A stretch of 64,000 bases of DNA from Longimicrobiales bacterium. GTDB lineage: Bacteria > Gemmatimonadota > Gemmatimonadetes > Longimicrobiales > Gaopeijiaceae. Shown here piece after piece: positions 21,583 to 31,543 of the stretch (position 1 is the stretch's first letter; each line of letters starts with the position of its first letter). The stretch covers positions 1,088,001 through 1,152,000 of the forward strand of contig CBDAON010000004.1 of the NCBI GenBank assembly GCA_965198065.1, given 5' to 3'. The position numbers and the translations under genes are program-made. A model generated the notes under the pieces. It worked only from the letters and a program-made list of their open reading frames with translations. It had not been told where the DNA came from and ran no database searches.

Positions 21583-24500
21583 GGGGCGCTCGCTGGTACC
21601 GTCCGCCCGGGAACAAGAAACGCCAGCAGGGTCGTGATCCGGTCTCGCGGGACGCCCTCGACGCGGACGAGAGCCCGGGCGTACGCCTCCATCTGCGGTG
21701 AGTAGAAGGCGACCCTCTCGTCGAGGGCGCCCTCGTCCTCTGGGGCTACGTCGTCCGTCTTCCAGTCCACGACCAGGAGCCGATCCCCCGCTGGATCCGG
21801 AATCCGGACGACTCGGTCCACCGATCCTCGAAGGAGGCGGTCGCCGTCCCGCGCCACGAACGGGAGCTCGCGCTCGACGCGCGTGCCCTCGGGGAACGCG
21901 CTCCGGGTCAGGAGAGCCCGGATCTCCGGGGCCTCGAGCCAGCGGCGGAAGTCCGCGAGCAGCGCGTGCGGGTCGCGGAGCGCTGGAGCACGCTCCAAAG
22001 CACAGCCCAGGAAGGTCTTGTCGTCCGGGATCCCGTCCTCGAGCCACCCGATGGTCTCAAGCCACGCGTGGGCGGCCGTTCCCACCTCGAGCACCTCGCG
22101 GCCGGGATTCAGGAGGCGGTCGAGAGCGATCCGGCCACCCCCCTCGAGCTGGGAGGGCGCTTGCCAAGCAAGGTGCCTTCGGCGTGCGGCCCGGGAGAGG
22201 CGGAGCGGCTCCGCCGGGCCTGCCTCGTGCAGCGCCCCGCCGGACCGCTTCCGGAGGAGGGCAGCGACCTTCGGCTCCTTCCACCACTCCGGTACCCCCT
22301 CTTCCATCGGGACGGCTCCCACGGGGGCGGCGGCCCCCGGCGCCACCGCGGCTCGGAGCAACCGTGCGGCCGTCTTTGCCGTCGAGCGGCCCTCGGAATC
22401 CGGCTTCACGTACACGTAGACCGCATACCGGGCCCGGGTCAGACCCACGTAGAGGCTGCTCAGCGCGTCCCTCACGTCCCGCTCGCGGGCCTGCGCCACG
22501 GCCTCGTCCACCTGCGGGAAGAGGGGCAGCGCGGACTTTACGGGACGAGGGAAGACCCGAACCACCGGGCCCGTGCCGTCCGCACGGTAGGGGAGGTAGG
22601 GATCCGTTCCCTCTCCGCCCACCCAGAGGGCGTCCAGCTCGGGCAGGACGACCGCGTCGAACTCGAGCCCCTTCGCCCGCCAGAGCGTCATGACGCGCAC
22701 CGCCGACGCGGCCGGGTCCTCGGCTCGGACTTTCTTCACCATGCGCGCGAAATCGGAGGGTCGGAGGGTCGCCCGCTCCTCCCATCGGAAGGCCTGCTCC
22801 GTGAGCTGGCGGAGCCGCCGGCGATCCCGCTCGGGAAAACGCGGGGAGAGCTCCCTCACCCACCCCGAGATCACCCGGCCGTAACCTTCTTCGACCAGGC
22901 GCTCGCGCACCTCGCGTGAAACCCGGGCGGCCTGGGCGTCGTCCTGCCACGCGTCGGGGCCGAAGCCGACGAGCTCTCCCACCGCGGTCATGGCGACCAG
23001 GTATCTGGAGATCCGGTCCCCCGGATGGTCGGCGAGGCGTAGGAGGGCGAGGAGCGAGAGCACCGGACCCGAGTCGGCCACGGGGACTCCGCCTTCCTCA
23101 CTCGCCTCCAGGCCCAGCTCCCGGAGCCGGGCGATCAGGTGGGCCCCAGCCCGGTTCGTCCGCGTGAGCACCCCAATCGTGGCGTCGGGCGCCTGGTCGT
23201 GCAGCGCCTTTACCCGGGCGGCCGCGTGATCGAGCAACCGGGGGAACTCCTTCCCGCGGCCGCCGGGGTCCTCCTCGGGACCGACCTCGAGGCGAACGTA
23301 GCCCGGGAGGCCGTGTGCGGAGAGATGGGGCTCGAAGGACCGCGCCCAGCTCCGACCGAGCTCCTCCACGCCCTCCAGCACCGGGTTCGAGGCGATCCCC
23401 TCGAAGACGTGGTTCACGACGCCCAGCACCACCGGAGAGGACCGGTAGCTCTTCGCCATAGTCAGGGGCTCGAGCGCGTAGCGGGAAGCGACTGCCTCGA
23501 GGATCCGGGGCTCGCCCCCACGCCAGCCGTAGATCGACTGCTTCGGATCCCCCACCAGGAACGCGGCCTGCTCGCCCTCGTATCCCGACAGGATCTCGCC
23601 CACGATGGGCTCGAGCGCGGCCCATTGGGCGTTCGACGTGTCCTGGAACTCGTCGATCAGGACGTGGCGAACCCTACCGTCCAGGCGATAGAAGAGCTCG
23701 TCCCCGTGGACCAGCGCTCGGGCCCGGGCCAGGAAGTGGATCAGGTCGTCGAAGGAGTAGCGGCCCTCCCCTCGGGCCAGAGCCTCGAGCCGGCGGTCGT
23801 ACTCGGGAAGAAAGCGCCCGAGCGCCCGGAGGCGCCCCTGGTAGGACGCCGCGAGGGCGGCCCGGGCCCCATCGATCAGGCCGCGGTAGACCGCTTGGAG
23901 GGGCACCGGAATCGGCTTTCCTCGGTAGGCATCCCTTCCCTCCATGAGCGCCCTGGCGATCCCGCCCTTCAGGAACTCGCCCCACTCCCGTTTTCGCAGC
24001 CGATCGACGGCCTTGTCCCGAGCCTCATCCCAGAGCTTGTCGGGAATGCCCTTGGCCGTGAGCGGAACCGCAGCCGCCTGAAGAACGTCCACGAGCTCGG
24101 CGACCCCGCGATCCTCCTCCTCCGCGAACGGCGCGACATCTCCCAGAGACCCCCAGGGATCCGCGACCGCGGGATCCAGCTCCCGGTAGATGAGGTGAAG
24201 GGCCTTCACTCCGTCGCGGAGCGTCGAGTGCACGTCACGGTCCGCGTCCCCGCGCCCTACGAGGCGAACCAGCTCGAGGAGCTGCCTGTTGTCCGCGCGA
24301 GCGAGAACGCCCTCGATAGCGTCGGAACGCATGCGATCCTGGTCCGCCTCGTCCGCGACCGTCCACGAGCGGGGCAGGCCCAGCTCGAGCGCGAACGAGC
24401 GGGCCACCCGGTGGAAGAACGCGTCCAGGGTGTGGACGTGGAGCCGGTGGAGCCCCCGCACGGTTCGCTCGAGCAGAGCTCCGAGCCCCTCGGGTCCGAG

Positions 24501-24779
24501 GCCGTCCCGCGGCACATCGGGCGGGAGCGAGCGCACGAGATCCCGAGCGGCCGCGGGGTCCTCGACCGCCTCGGCCAGACGCAGGAGGACGCGTTCGACG
24601 ATCTCACCGGCCGCCTTCCGGGTGAACGTGGACGCCAGGATCTCCTCGGGGGGGATCCCGATCGCGAGGAGCCCGATCAGCCGAGAGGAGAGCCGGTACG
24701 TCTTCCCCGAGCCGGCCGATGCGAGGACCAGCTCCTTTCCCAGGACGGGGCCGGGCGCCACGTCGAAGAGGTCAAGCAT
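21579..24779 (-). CDS. UvrD-type helicase/nuclease (AddA/RecB-like)
   Basis: ASAGSGKT, TFTRKAA, DEFQDT, VGDPKQSIYGWR, AKGLEF, YVGLTRA, C-terminal DR...DWKT nuclease. Confidence 0.92.
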   Translation of the reverse strand: MLDLFDVAPGPVLGKELVLASAGSGKTYRLSSRLIGLLAIGIPPEEILASTFTRKAAGEIVERVLLRLAEAVEDPAAARDLVRSLPPDVPRDGLGPEGLGALLERTVRGLHRLHVHTLDAFFHRVARSFALELGLPRSWTVADEADQDRMRSDAIEGVLARADNRQLLELVRLVGRGDADRDVHSTLRDGVKALHLIYRELDPAVADPWGSLGDVAPFAEEEDRGVAELVDVLQAAAVPLTAKGIPDKLWDEARDKAVDRLRKREWGEFLKGGIARALMEGRDAYRGKPIPVPLQAVYRGLIDGARAALAASYQGRLRALGRFLPEYDRRLEALARGEGRYSFDDLIHFLARARALVHGDELFYRLDGRVRHVLIDEFQDTSNAQWAALEPIVGEILSGYEGEQAAFLVGDPKQSIYGWRGGEPRILEAVASRYALEPLTMAKSYRSSPVVLGVVNHVFEGIASNPVLEGVEELGRSWARSFEPHLSAHGLPGYVRLEVGPEEDPGGRGKEFPRLLDHAAARVKALHDQAPDATIGVLTRTNRAGAHLIARLRELGLEASEEGGVPVADSGPVLSLLALLRLADHPGDRISRYLVAMTAVGELVGFGPDAWQDDAQAARVSREVRERLVEEGYGRVISGWVRELSPRFPERDRRRLRQLTEQAFRWEERATLRPSDFARMVKKVRAEDPAASAVRVMTLWRAKGLEFDAVVLPELDALWVGGEGTDPYLPYRADGTGPVVRVFPRPVKSALPLFPQVDEAVAQARERDVRDALSSLYVGLTRARYAVYVYVKPDSEGRSTAKTAARLLRAAVAPGAAAPVGAVPMEEGVPEWWKEPKVAALLRKRSGGALHEAGPAEPLRLSRAARRRHLAWQAPSQLEGGGRIALDRLLNPGREVLEVGTAAHAWLETIGWLEDGIPDDKTFLGCALERAPALRDPHALLADFRRWLEAPEIRALLTRSAFPEGTRVERELPFVARDGDRLLRGSVDRVVRIPDPAGDRLLVVDWKTDDVAPEDEGALDERVAFYSPQMEAYARALVRVEGVPRDRITTLLAFLVPGRTVPASAP

Positions 24780-27651
24780 CGGGGGGGCTCACCTCCTCGT
24801 CGAGCCGGAGGACGCCCCCGCCCACCACCGGCGCAAGAGGATGGTCGGGATCGATACGGGACGTCCTCGAGTCGTACGGGAAGCGGTTCCGGCGCAGCAG
24901 GCGCACGACCTCCCGGGCGCGCTCGATGGCCTCGTCCAGCTCGGCCGGGGTCCATTCCGCCCAGGACGGGCCCAAGAGCACGGGATCGCGGGGCAGGGCG
25001 AGGTACCCGACCCGGAGAGACCCCAACGCGGAGGTCGGCAGGAGCGGGACGCCGTCCAGCCGGAGAGACGGCGCCAGGTGGCGGTAGAGGGGGAGTTGGA
25101 GGTCGACCCACTCCCTGGCGCTCGCCCGGCCCTTTCGATGGACTTGTTCCGGGGAGCGGGGCCGCTCGCTCGTCTTGTAGTCGAAGATGCACCACTCTCC
25201 CGTCCGCTCGTTCTCGTCTAAACGGTCGACCTTGCCCGTGAGCGTGATCGGACGGCCGTCCACCCCCAGGGTCGCGCCCTCGCCCTCGAGCGGGAGCTCG
25301 GCGGCTCGGATTCGCCAGCCTTCGGCCCACCATTCCGCCTGCCACCGCGCGAACGCGTGCAAGCGGCGGCGGAGCTGCTCCACCTGGACCGCGACGGCGG
25401 GAAGGGGCCGAGCTCCGTACCGCGCCCCTGCCTCCGCGTCCAGCGCCGCGTCCAGGGCCGCTCGGATTCCGGGCTCGTGGGACAGCTCCCTGGTCTCCTC
25501 CCGGCCGTAGCGGCAGAGCACTTCGTGCGCGAGCGTCCCGAACAGGAGCGGATCCAGCTCCCGCGACCCGTCGTCTACTTCGTCCAGCTTCAGGATGCGC
25601 TCCAACGCGTAGAGGTAGGGATCCGCGAGGAGGCCGCGAAAAGCCGTCACGGCGATACGATCGGGAGGCTCGGGAGCCGAGAGGACGGGCTCGGGCGGGA
25701 GCTCGAGCGGCCGGCCTTCCGCGCTCGCGATCGGGCGAACGGGCCGCTCTCCGGCCCTCTCGAGGAACAGCCGGATCCGGCGGGCCGCCACCCGCGGCTC
25801 GTCGGCCAGGAGGAGGCGCGATATGTGGAGCGGGTTTCCATCTCCGTCCTGGAGGCCCGCCACGAAGAGGGCGTCGGGCCGCGTGGCGAGGATCGTCTTT
25901 GCGTAGAGCAGGTCGCGAGCCCAGCGCCTGCGGTTGTCCAGGAGGCCGAGCGCCTCTTGGAGCGCGTGCGGGAGGAACGGATCGAAGGTGACGGACTCCG
26001 GCAGGTGAGGCTCGTTCGCGCCCGTGACCACGAGGACGGGCGCGTCGTCCAGCGCCAGCTCGAGCCAGCCGAGCAGCTCGACGGCCGCCTCGTCCGCCGG
26101 GGGAGGCACCGCCTGCCCCGCCAGCTCCCCCAGGACCGTACGGACCGCCTCGGTCCCCGAGGCCCTCTCGTCCAGCACCCGGGCCACGGCCGGCACCTCC
26201 GCGAGCCCCTCCAGGCCCGCCAGGATCTCGCCGATCCCCTCCATCACCTCGGCCAGCTCCCGGTCCCGTTCGTCCCCGGGCCGGAGGGTCCGATCTGCGT
26301 AGACGGACAGGAGAAACGCCCGGATCGGCTCCGCCCAGGCAGACAGGGGCCGCGTCCCTTCCAGGGAGCGGAGGAGCTTGAGGACGTCGTTCCTGATACG
26401 ACGGAGGGCCGGGGCCGGGCCGTCGCTCACTCGCTCCCCGCCGTCGGGCAGCCGATCCTCCGAACGTCCAGGACGGGACGGCAGGTGAAGGGCGTGGTAC
26501 CGATCCGAGACTCCCCCCGGGGACGCGAGCCCCACGGCTCGCTCCACGTCGGGCTGTCGCAGAAGGTCGGCGAACGCCCGATAGTCCCCCCGCTCGAGGA
26601 GCTCCGCGACCCCCGCCAGGAGGCGGAAGGGGCCCGTACGTTCGACGGGGCGCCCCTCCGCGTAGCGGGTCCGGATCCCCTCCTCCTCCAGGCGCTCGAC
26701 CACGTACGGGATCACGTCCCGATCGGGAACACCGATCGTGACGTCCTCGGCGGACCTGCCGCGGGCCGTACGCCGCAGGTGCTCCATCACCACGTCCGCC
26801 TGCTCGGCGGGGGCGGTCACCACCCGCACGGCCGTGTCCGGAACGCTGGCCCGCTCCTCCTCCCACGCCTCGGGGACGAGACACCCCAGAGAGTCGAAGC
26901 CGGACCCGAGGGCCCGGGGCGCTCCAACGAGGATCCGGACGGGCTTCGTCGTCCGGACGGCGCTGAGGAAGGCCCGCGCTATCGGCGTGAGGTCGGGCGC
27001 GCCGATCACCCAGAGGCTCGCGGCCGTCTCCACCCGATCCTCCCGAAGCGCCGTCCGGCGTGCCGCCTCCCGATCCAACCAGCCCCCGGCCTCGAGGAGC
27101 CGATGGTACTCCCGCTCGGCCCTCGCCAGCACGTCCCAGCGCGCGTCGTCCGCGAAGAGGAGGCCGCTCCGGCACTTCTCCCTGACGTCGCGGAAGGCGA
27201 GACCTGCCGCCGATACCCTCTCGTGGAGATCGCGGACCGTCTCGGCCAGGGAGCGCCGGGCGGCATCCGGATCGAAGCCCGGTTGCGGAGGGGCGAGGAT
27301 CTGGAGCTCCTCGGGCTTGAGCGAGGCCACCGCCCGGCGCCAGGCGGCCCCGGCCACGACCGGGCCGGGCGGAGGGCGACCCGGTGAGTACAGGTGCTCG
27401 GGGAGCCTCCCCACCGTTGTGACCCGCGGGGGCCGGAGCGCCATCCCCCGAGCCTCCGCCCTTTCGAGCAGGATCTCGATCAGCCGGCGAGCGGCGCGGG
27501 CGGCAGGGAGAGCGACCAGGCAACTCGAGAGATCGGCCACCGGCGCGGCCTCGAAGAGGACGTCCGCGGCCGAGTCGAGGATCGGCCCTTCCCACCCGAG
27601 GTACGTGAGGTGGCACTCGGCCCGCTCGGACGTTTCCTTAGATTGGGCCAC
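24772..27651 (-). CDS. AddB-like PD-(D/E)xK nuclease subunit
   Basis: Degenerate helicase region, GKVDRLD...DYKT...LQLPLY; overlaps the AddA-like gene. Confidence 0.85.
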   Translation of the reverse strand: MAQSKETSERAECHLTYLGWEGPILDSAADVLFEAAPVADLSSCLVALPAARAARRLIEILLERAEARGMALRPPRVTTVGRLPEHLYSPGRPPPGPVVAGAAWRRAVASLKPEELQILAPPQPGFDPDAARRSLAETVRDLHERVSAAGLAFRDVREKCRSGLLFADDARWDVLARAEREYHRLLEAGGWLDREAARRTALREDRVETAASLWVIGAPDLTPIARAFLSAVRTTKPVRILVGAPRALGSGFDSLGCLVPEAWEEERASVPDTAVRVVTAPAEQADVVMEHLRRTARGRSAEDVTIGVPDRDVIPYVVERLEEEGIRTRYAEGRPVERTGPFRLLAGVAELLERGDYRAFADLLRQPDVERAVGLASPGGVSDRYHALHLPSRPGRSEDRLPDGGERVSDGPAPALRRIRNDVLKLLRSLEGTRPLSAWAEPIRAFLLSVYADRTLRPGDERDRELAEVMEGIGEILAGLEGLAEVPAVARVLDERASGTEAVRTVLGELAGQAVPPPADEAAVELLGWLELALDDAPVLVVTGANEPHLPESVTFDPFLPHALQEALGLLDNRRRWARDLLYAKTILATRPDALFVAGLQDGDGNPLHISRLLLADEPRVAARRIRLFLERAGERPVRPIASAEGRPLELPPEPVLSAPEPPDRIAVTAFRGLLADPYLYALERILKLDEVDDGSRELDPLLFGTLAHEVLCRYGREETRELSHEPGIRAALDAALDAEAGARYGARPLPAVAVQVEQLRRRLHAFARWQAEWWAEGWRIRAAELPLEGEGATLGVDGRPITLTGKVDRLDENERTGEWCIFDYKTSERPRSPEQVHRKGRASAREWVDLQLPLYRHLAPSLRLDGVPLLPTSALGSLRVGYLALPRDPVLLGPSWAEWTPAELDEAIERAREVVRLLRRNRFPYDSRTSRIDPDHPLAPVVGGGVLRLDEEVSPPDA

Positions 27652-27683
27652 CCCGCCCTCGCACCCTCCGCGCCGAGGCCGCC

Positions 27684-28037
27684 GTGCGTAACCTGATCGT
27701 ACGACTCTTCGTGAACGCCGTGGCCCTCTGGGTCTCCGCGCGCCTGGTGGGCGGCATCGAGCTTGCCGGAAGTTTCTCGGAGGTGCTCCTGGTCGCCGCG
27801 GTGTTCGGGATCGTGAACGCGCTGCTCAAGCCGCTCGTCGTCCTTCTCTCCCTCCCCTTCCTGATCCTCACGCTCGGCCTCTTCGCGCTCGTCATCAACG
27901 CGTCGATGCTGATGCTCACGGCTGCGCTCGTGGATTCGCTCGTGGTCGAGGGGTGGTGGGCGGCGCTGGTGGGGAGCGTGCTTGTCTCGCTCGTGAGCCT
28001 TCTCTTCTCAATCATGCTCCCGGATGCGCGGGACTGA
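27684..28037 (+). CDS. 4-TM phage-holin-family (YvlD-like) membrane protein
   Basis: GIVNALLKP...LSLPFLILTLGLFALVINA. Confidence 0.88.
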   Translation: MRNLIVRLFVNAVALWVSARLVGGIELAGSFSEVLLVAAVFGIVNALLKPLVVLLSLPFLILTLGLFALVINASMLMLTAALVDSLVVEGWWAALVGSVLVSLVSLLFSIMLPDARD

Positions 28038-28053
28038 AGCGCTCGTCCAGGCC

Positions 28054-29442
28054 CTACGCCCGACCCGCCTCCGCAGTCGGTACCGGCTGCGGCTGGACGC
28101 GTTCGTCCTCGCCGTAGTGGCGGTACTTCCAGCCTAGCCACAGCGCGAGCCCGAGCCAGGCCGCCGAGAACGGGACCATCACCCACGCGATAGCCGCCAG
28201 GGAGAGCCCCATCCACGTCATGAGCGCGCTCTGCGACCAGATGCCCACCTGGTCCCCGAAGCGGTAGACCGCCGTGTCGTTGAAGTTCTTCGACTTGAAC
28301 TTGTCCACCCTCGGAACGACCGTGTAGAGGACCTCCCTCGCGGGACGCTGCACCGAGAAGTTCGCGGCCCGTCGGAAGACCTGGAACGCGACCACAACCG
28401 AGAGGACGGAAGCGAACCCCAGGATCCCGAACCCGATCAGGCTCACCAGGGGGAGGAAAGCCAGCGAGAGCCCGATCCCGAACCACTTGAGGATGCGCCC
28501 CGTGAGGAAGAGCTGGGTGATCAGGGTGAGGCTCTGCACCGCCATCTCCATCACAGCGAAGAGGCGGATCGAGCCCTCGGGATTCCCCTCGTAAGCGGTC
28601 TCGACGATCGCGATGAGGTGCACGTAGAGGAACGTGGACACGACCGTGAAGAAGACCATGAGGCCCGCGACTCCGAGCAGGTAGGGGGACTTCGCCACGT
28701 GGCGGATCCCCTCCAGGAGCCCGCCCCCGATCACCTCCTGCTGGCGCTGCTCCGGGGCGACGACCTCCGGCAAGGTTCCCGATACGATCTCGCGGTCTCT
28801 CTCCGCCACGTCGTAGACCTTCTTCTCGTGCCGCTCCAGCATCTTCGACGCCCGCCCCGCTCCCTCGAGTAGGACGGCGGAGACGAGGAGCAGGTTTACC
28901 GGCCCCAGGAACGACACGAAGAACGCAGTGATGGAGGACCCGGTGAGCGCCCCGATCGTGCCCCCCACCGCCACCATCCCAAAGAGCCGCTTCCCCTGCG
29001 CGGGGCGGAAGACGTCCGTGAGGAAGGACCAGAACACGGACACCACGAAGAGGTTGAAGACGCTCGTCCACATATAGAAGAGCCGTCCCACCCAGACGCT
29101 CGGGACGATGTCGGCGGCCCGGAAAAGCAGGAAGAAGACGACCAGGTTCAGGATGAAGAACCGGTAGATCCACGGAACGAACACGCGGCGCGGATAGCGC
29201 CCGACGAGAGCCGTGAAGACCGGGTGGACGAGGAGCATCCCGATGAGCGTGCCCGTGAAGAGCCACGGGAGCGTCGTCGCCCCGCTCTCGACTCCCATCT
29301 GGTCACGGATAGGCCGGATGACGTAGTAGGCCGCGAGAACAAGGAAGAAGTACGCGAACGACCAGAGAAGGGCGGCGACCTCCTCGTCCCGGACGTCGAT
29401 CGTGCGCCGGAGCAGGTTCCCCACGGCGGTGCTCAAGGCCAT
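28054..29442 (-). CDS. NTT/TLC-like (ATP:ADP antiporter family) MFS transporter
   Basis: YYVIRPIRD, FNLFVVSVFWSF, KRLFG, PAREVLYT, KFKSKNFND...RFGD. Confidence 0.85.
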   Translation of the reverse strand: MALSTAVGNLLRRTIDVRDEEVAALLWSFAYFFLVLAAYYVIRPIRDQMGVESGATTLPWLFTGTLIGMLLVHPVFTALVGRYPRRVFVPWIYRFFILNLVVFFLLFRAADIVPSVWVGRLFYMWTSVFNLFVVSVFWSFLTDVFRPAQGKRLFGMVAVGGTIGALTGSSITAFFVSFLGPVNLLLVSAVLLEGAGRASKMLERHEKKVYDVAERDREIVSGTLPEVVAPEQRQQEVIGGGLLEGIRHVAKSPYLLGVAGLMVFFTVVSTFLYVHLIAIVETAYEGNPEGSIRLFAVMEMAVQSLTLITQLFLTGRILKWFGIGLSLAFLPLVSLIGFGILGFASVLSVVVAFQVFRRAANFSVQRPAREVLYTVVPRVDKFKSKNFNDTAVYRFGDQVGIWSQSALMTWMGLSLAAIAWVMVPFSAAWLGLALWLGWKYRHYGEDERVQPQPVPTAEAGRA

Positions 29443-29597
29443 CCTCCCTGGCTGCGGGTTCGACGGGCACGGCCGCGCTCCACGGGCGTCGAACCTACCC
29501 AGATTGTCGATCGGAAGGCGTTCCTGCCAGGGGGAGCCGCGCGGGGAGGAGCAGGCGGCTCTCTACGGGTCCCGAGTCAAGGGCACAGGGCCCGTCG

Positions 29598-30827
29598 TCA
29601 GTACCTCGGAATGGTGGGATCCACCTCACTCTGCCAGGCGCGGATACCGCCCTTCAGGTTCCAGACCTTGCGGAAGCCCGCGTCCTGGAGCCTCTTCAGC
29701 GCCTCCGCGCTCCTGGACCCCGCCTGGCAGTGGAGGACGATTTCCTCCGCGGAATCCAGCTCGGGCATCCGCTCGAGCAGGTTGTCCAGGGGGATCAGCT
29801 CGGCTCCGTACGCCCCTAGGTTCACGATTTCCCACTCGTGCGGCTCACGCACGTCCACGATCCGGAGACGGTCGCCCCGCTCGAGTCGGGCGTGGAGCTC
29901 CTTCGCGGTGACCGTGGGAACGTCCGACTGATCCTCCGCGGCTCCCTCCTCGTAGCCCGGGACACCGCAGAACTCGAGGTAGTCGATGAGCTCGGTGACG
30001 GTCGGGTTCTCGCCGCACACCGGGCACTCTGGGTTCTTGCGGAGCTTCAACGTCCGCCACTCCAGAGTGAGCGCGTCGAAGAGGAGGAGCCGCCCAATCA
30101 GGGGCTCCCCGCGGCCGATGATGAGCTTGATCGTCTCGAGCGCCTGCATGGCTCCGATGATGCCGGGGAGCACGCCGAGCACCCCGCCCTCGGCGCAGCT
30201 CGGCACCATCCCGGGGGGCGGCGGCTCTCGAAAAAGGCACCGGTAGCACGGGCCGTGGCGGGCGTCGAAGACGGACACCTGGCCCTCGAAGCGGAAGATG
30301 GAGCCGTACACGTTCGGCTTGCCCAGGAGAACGCACGCGTCGTTCGTGAGGTAACGCGTCGGGAAGTTGTCCGTCCCGTCCACGACCACGTCGTACGGGC
30401 GGATCACGTCCAGCGCGTTCTCGCTCGTCAGGCGGATTTCGTGAGGCACGACCTCGACGTGCGGGTTCACGTCCTTCAGGCGCTCGGCGGCGGACTCGAT
30501 CTTCGGGCGCCCGACGTCTTTCGTGCCATGGAGGAGCTGTCGCTGGAGGTTCGTCCGGTCCACGACATCGAAGTCCACGATGCCGACCCTTCCGATCCCG
30601 GCCGCCGCCAGGTACAGCCCTAAAGGGGACCCCAGCCCCCCGGCTCCGATCATGAGGACGCTCGCGTTCTTCAACCGGCGCTGCCCGGCCATCCCGACCT
30701 CAGGCATGATGAGGTGCCGGGAGTATCGCTCGATCTCCTCGTTCGACAGGTGGGGAAGCTCCCCCGCAGGAACGGTCCAAGGGGGGAAGCCCACTGGGCC
30801 GGTCGAGTTGCCGCTGGGCTTGCTCAT
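29598..30827 (-). CDS. moeB: MoeZ/MoeBR sulfur-carrier adenylyltransferase with C-terminal rhodanese domain
   Basis: RYSRH, GAGGLG, NLQRQ, DGTDNF, CYRC, CAEGGVLG, CPVC; rhodanese DVREPHE...HCQAGSRS. Confidence 0.93.
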   Translation of the reverse strand: MSKPSGNSTGPVGFPPWTVPAGELPHLSNEEIERYSRHLIMPEVGMAGQRRLKNASVLMIGAGGLGSPLGLYLAAAGIGRVGIVDFDVVDRTNLQRQLLHGTKDVGRPKIESAAERLKDVNPHVEVVPHEIRLTSENALDVIRPYDVVVDGTDNFPTRYLTNDACVLLGKPNVYGSIFRFEGQVSVFDARHGPCYRCLFREPPPPGMVPSCAEGGVLGVLPGIIGAMQALETIKLIIGRGEPLIGRLLLFDALTLEWRTLKLRKNPECPVCGENPTVTELIDYLEFCGVPGYEEGAAEDQSDVPTVTAKELHARLERGDRLRIVDVREPHEWEIVNLGAYGAELIPLDNLLERMPELDSAEEIVLHCQAGSRSAEALKRLQDAGFRKVWNLKGGIRAWQSEVDPTIPRY

Positions 30828-30904
30828 TCGGATAGAGGTTCCCTCTCGGCCGGGCCGAGCGTCATCGTCCCGGGTCGCGTTCTCGGTCGGCCGGGCGGGT
30901 GCCG

Positions 30905-31543
30905 TCAGGCCGCCAGATGCTGGTGGATGTCGCGCGCGGCCTCGATCCGGACCTCGAGGGCAAGCCGGTCTCGGGGGTCGTTCGCGACCCGGGAGACCTG
31001 GACAGGGAGCCCTCCATAGACTGCGGTCACGGCCTCGCGGGCCACGTCCCTCAGGGCCTCGAATCCCGCGTCCGTGTTGGGCGCCCGGAGCCGGTCGTTC
31101 GACTCGATCCGCAGCAGGGAGGCGTCGAAGTCGAGCTTCCCCTGCACGCGCGGGTCGGTCTCAAGAAGCGCCGCCACGCGGAGCGCTTGCTTCAGGGTCG
31201 AGGCGATCGCTTCCGTTGCGTCACCCTCGAGCGGCACCCGTCGCTGGGCGAGGAGGCCGGACCGCCCGTCCGCGCAATCCAGGGCAAAGCTCACCTCCTG
31301 GGAGATCAGCATGATCCCCGGGCTGTCGGGCGCGTGCGCGTAGTCGGCCACATCCAGGAGGACCAGGTCCAGCGCCCCGTCCCGGATCCACTCGTGGAAG
31401 ATCGGGACGAACACCTCCACGTCGTCCTCAATCTCGGGGGGAGCGGACGTGTAGAGCTTCACGCAGATGCGATAGAGGCCCTCCAGGCCGGCCGATCCCA
31501 CGCTGCCCGCGGTCGCGCCCGCTCCGCCGCCGCCTCCGCTCAC
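30905..31543 (-). CDS. Hypothetical protein translationally coupled to sulfite reductase
   Basis: GTG overlaps sir stop; FVPIFHEWIR...LLDVADYAH...PGIMLI. Confidence 0.75.
   Translation of the reverse strand: MSGGGGGAGATAGSVGSAGLEGLYRICVKLYTSAPPEIEDDVEVFVPIFHEWIRDGALDLVLLDVADYAHAPDSPGIMLISQEVSFALDCADGRSGLLAQRRVPLEGDATEAIASTLKQALRVAALLETDPRVQGKLDFDASLLRIESNDRLRAPNTDAGFEALRDVAREAVTAVYGGLPVQVSRVANDPRDRLALEVRIEAARDIHQHLAA

Noticed and set aside
27684..28037. Holin as evidence of a prophage
   Set aside because: YvlD-like family is commonly chromosomal; no phage genes nearby
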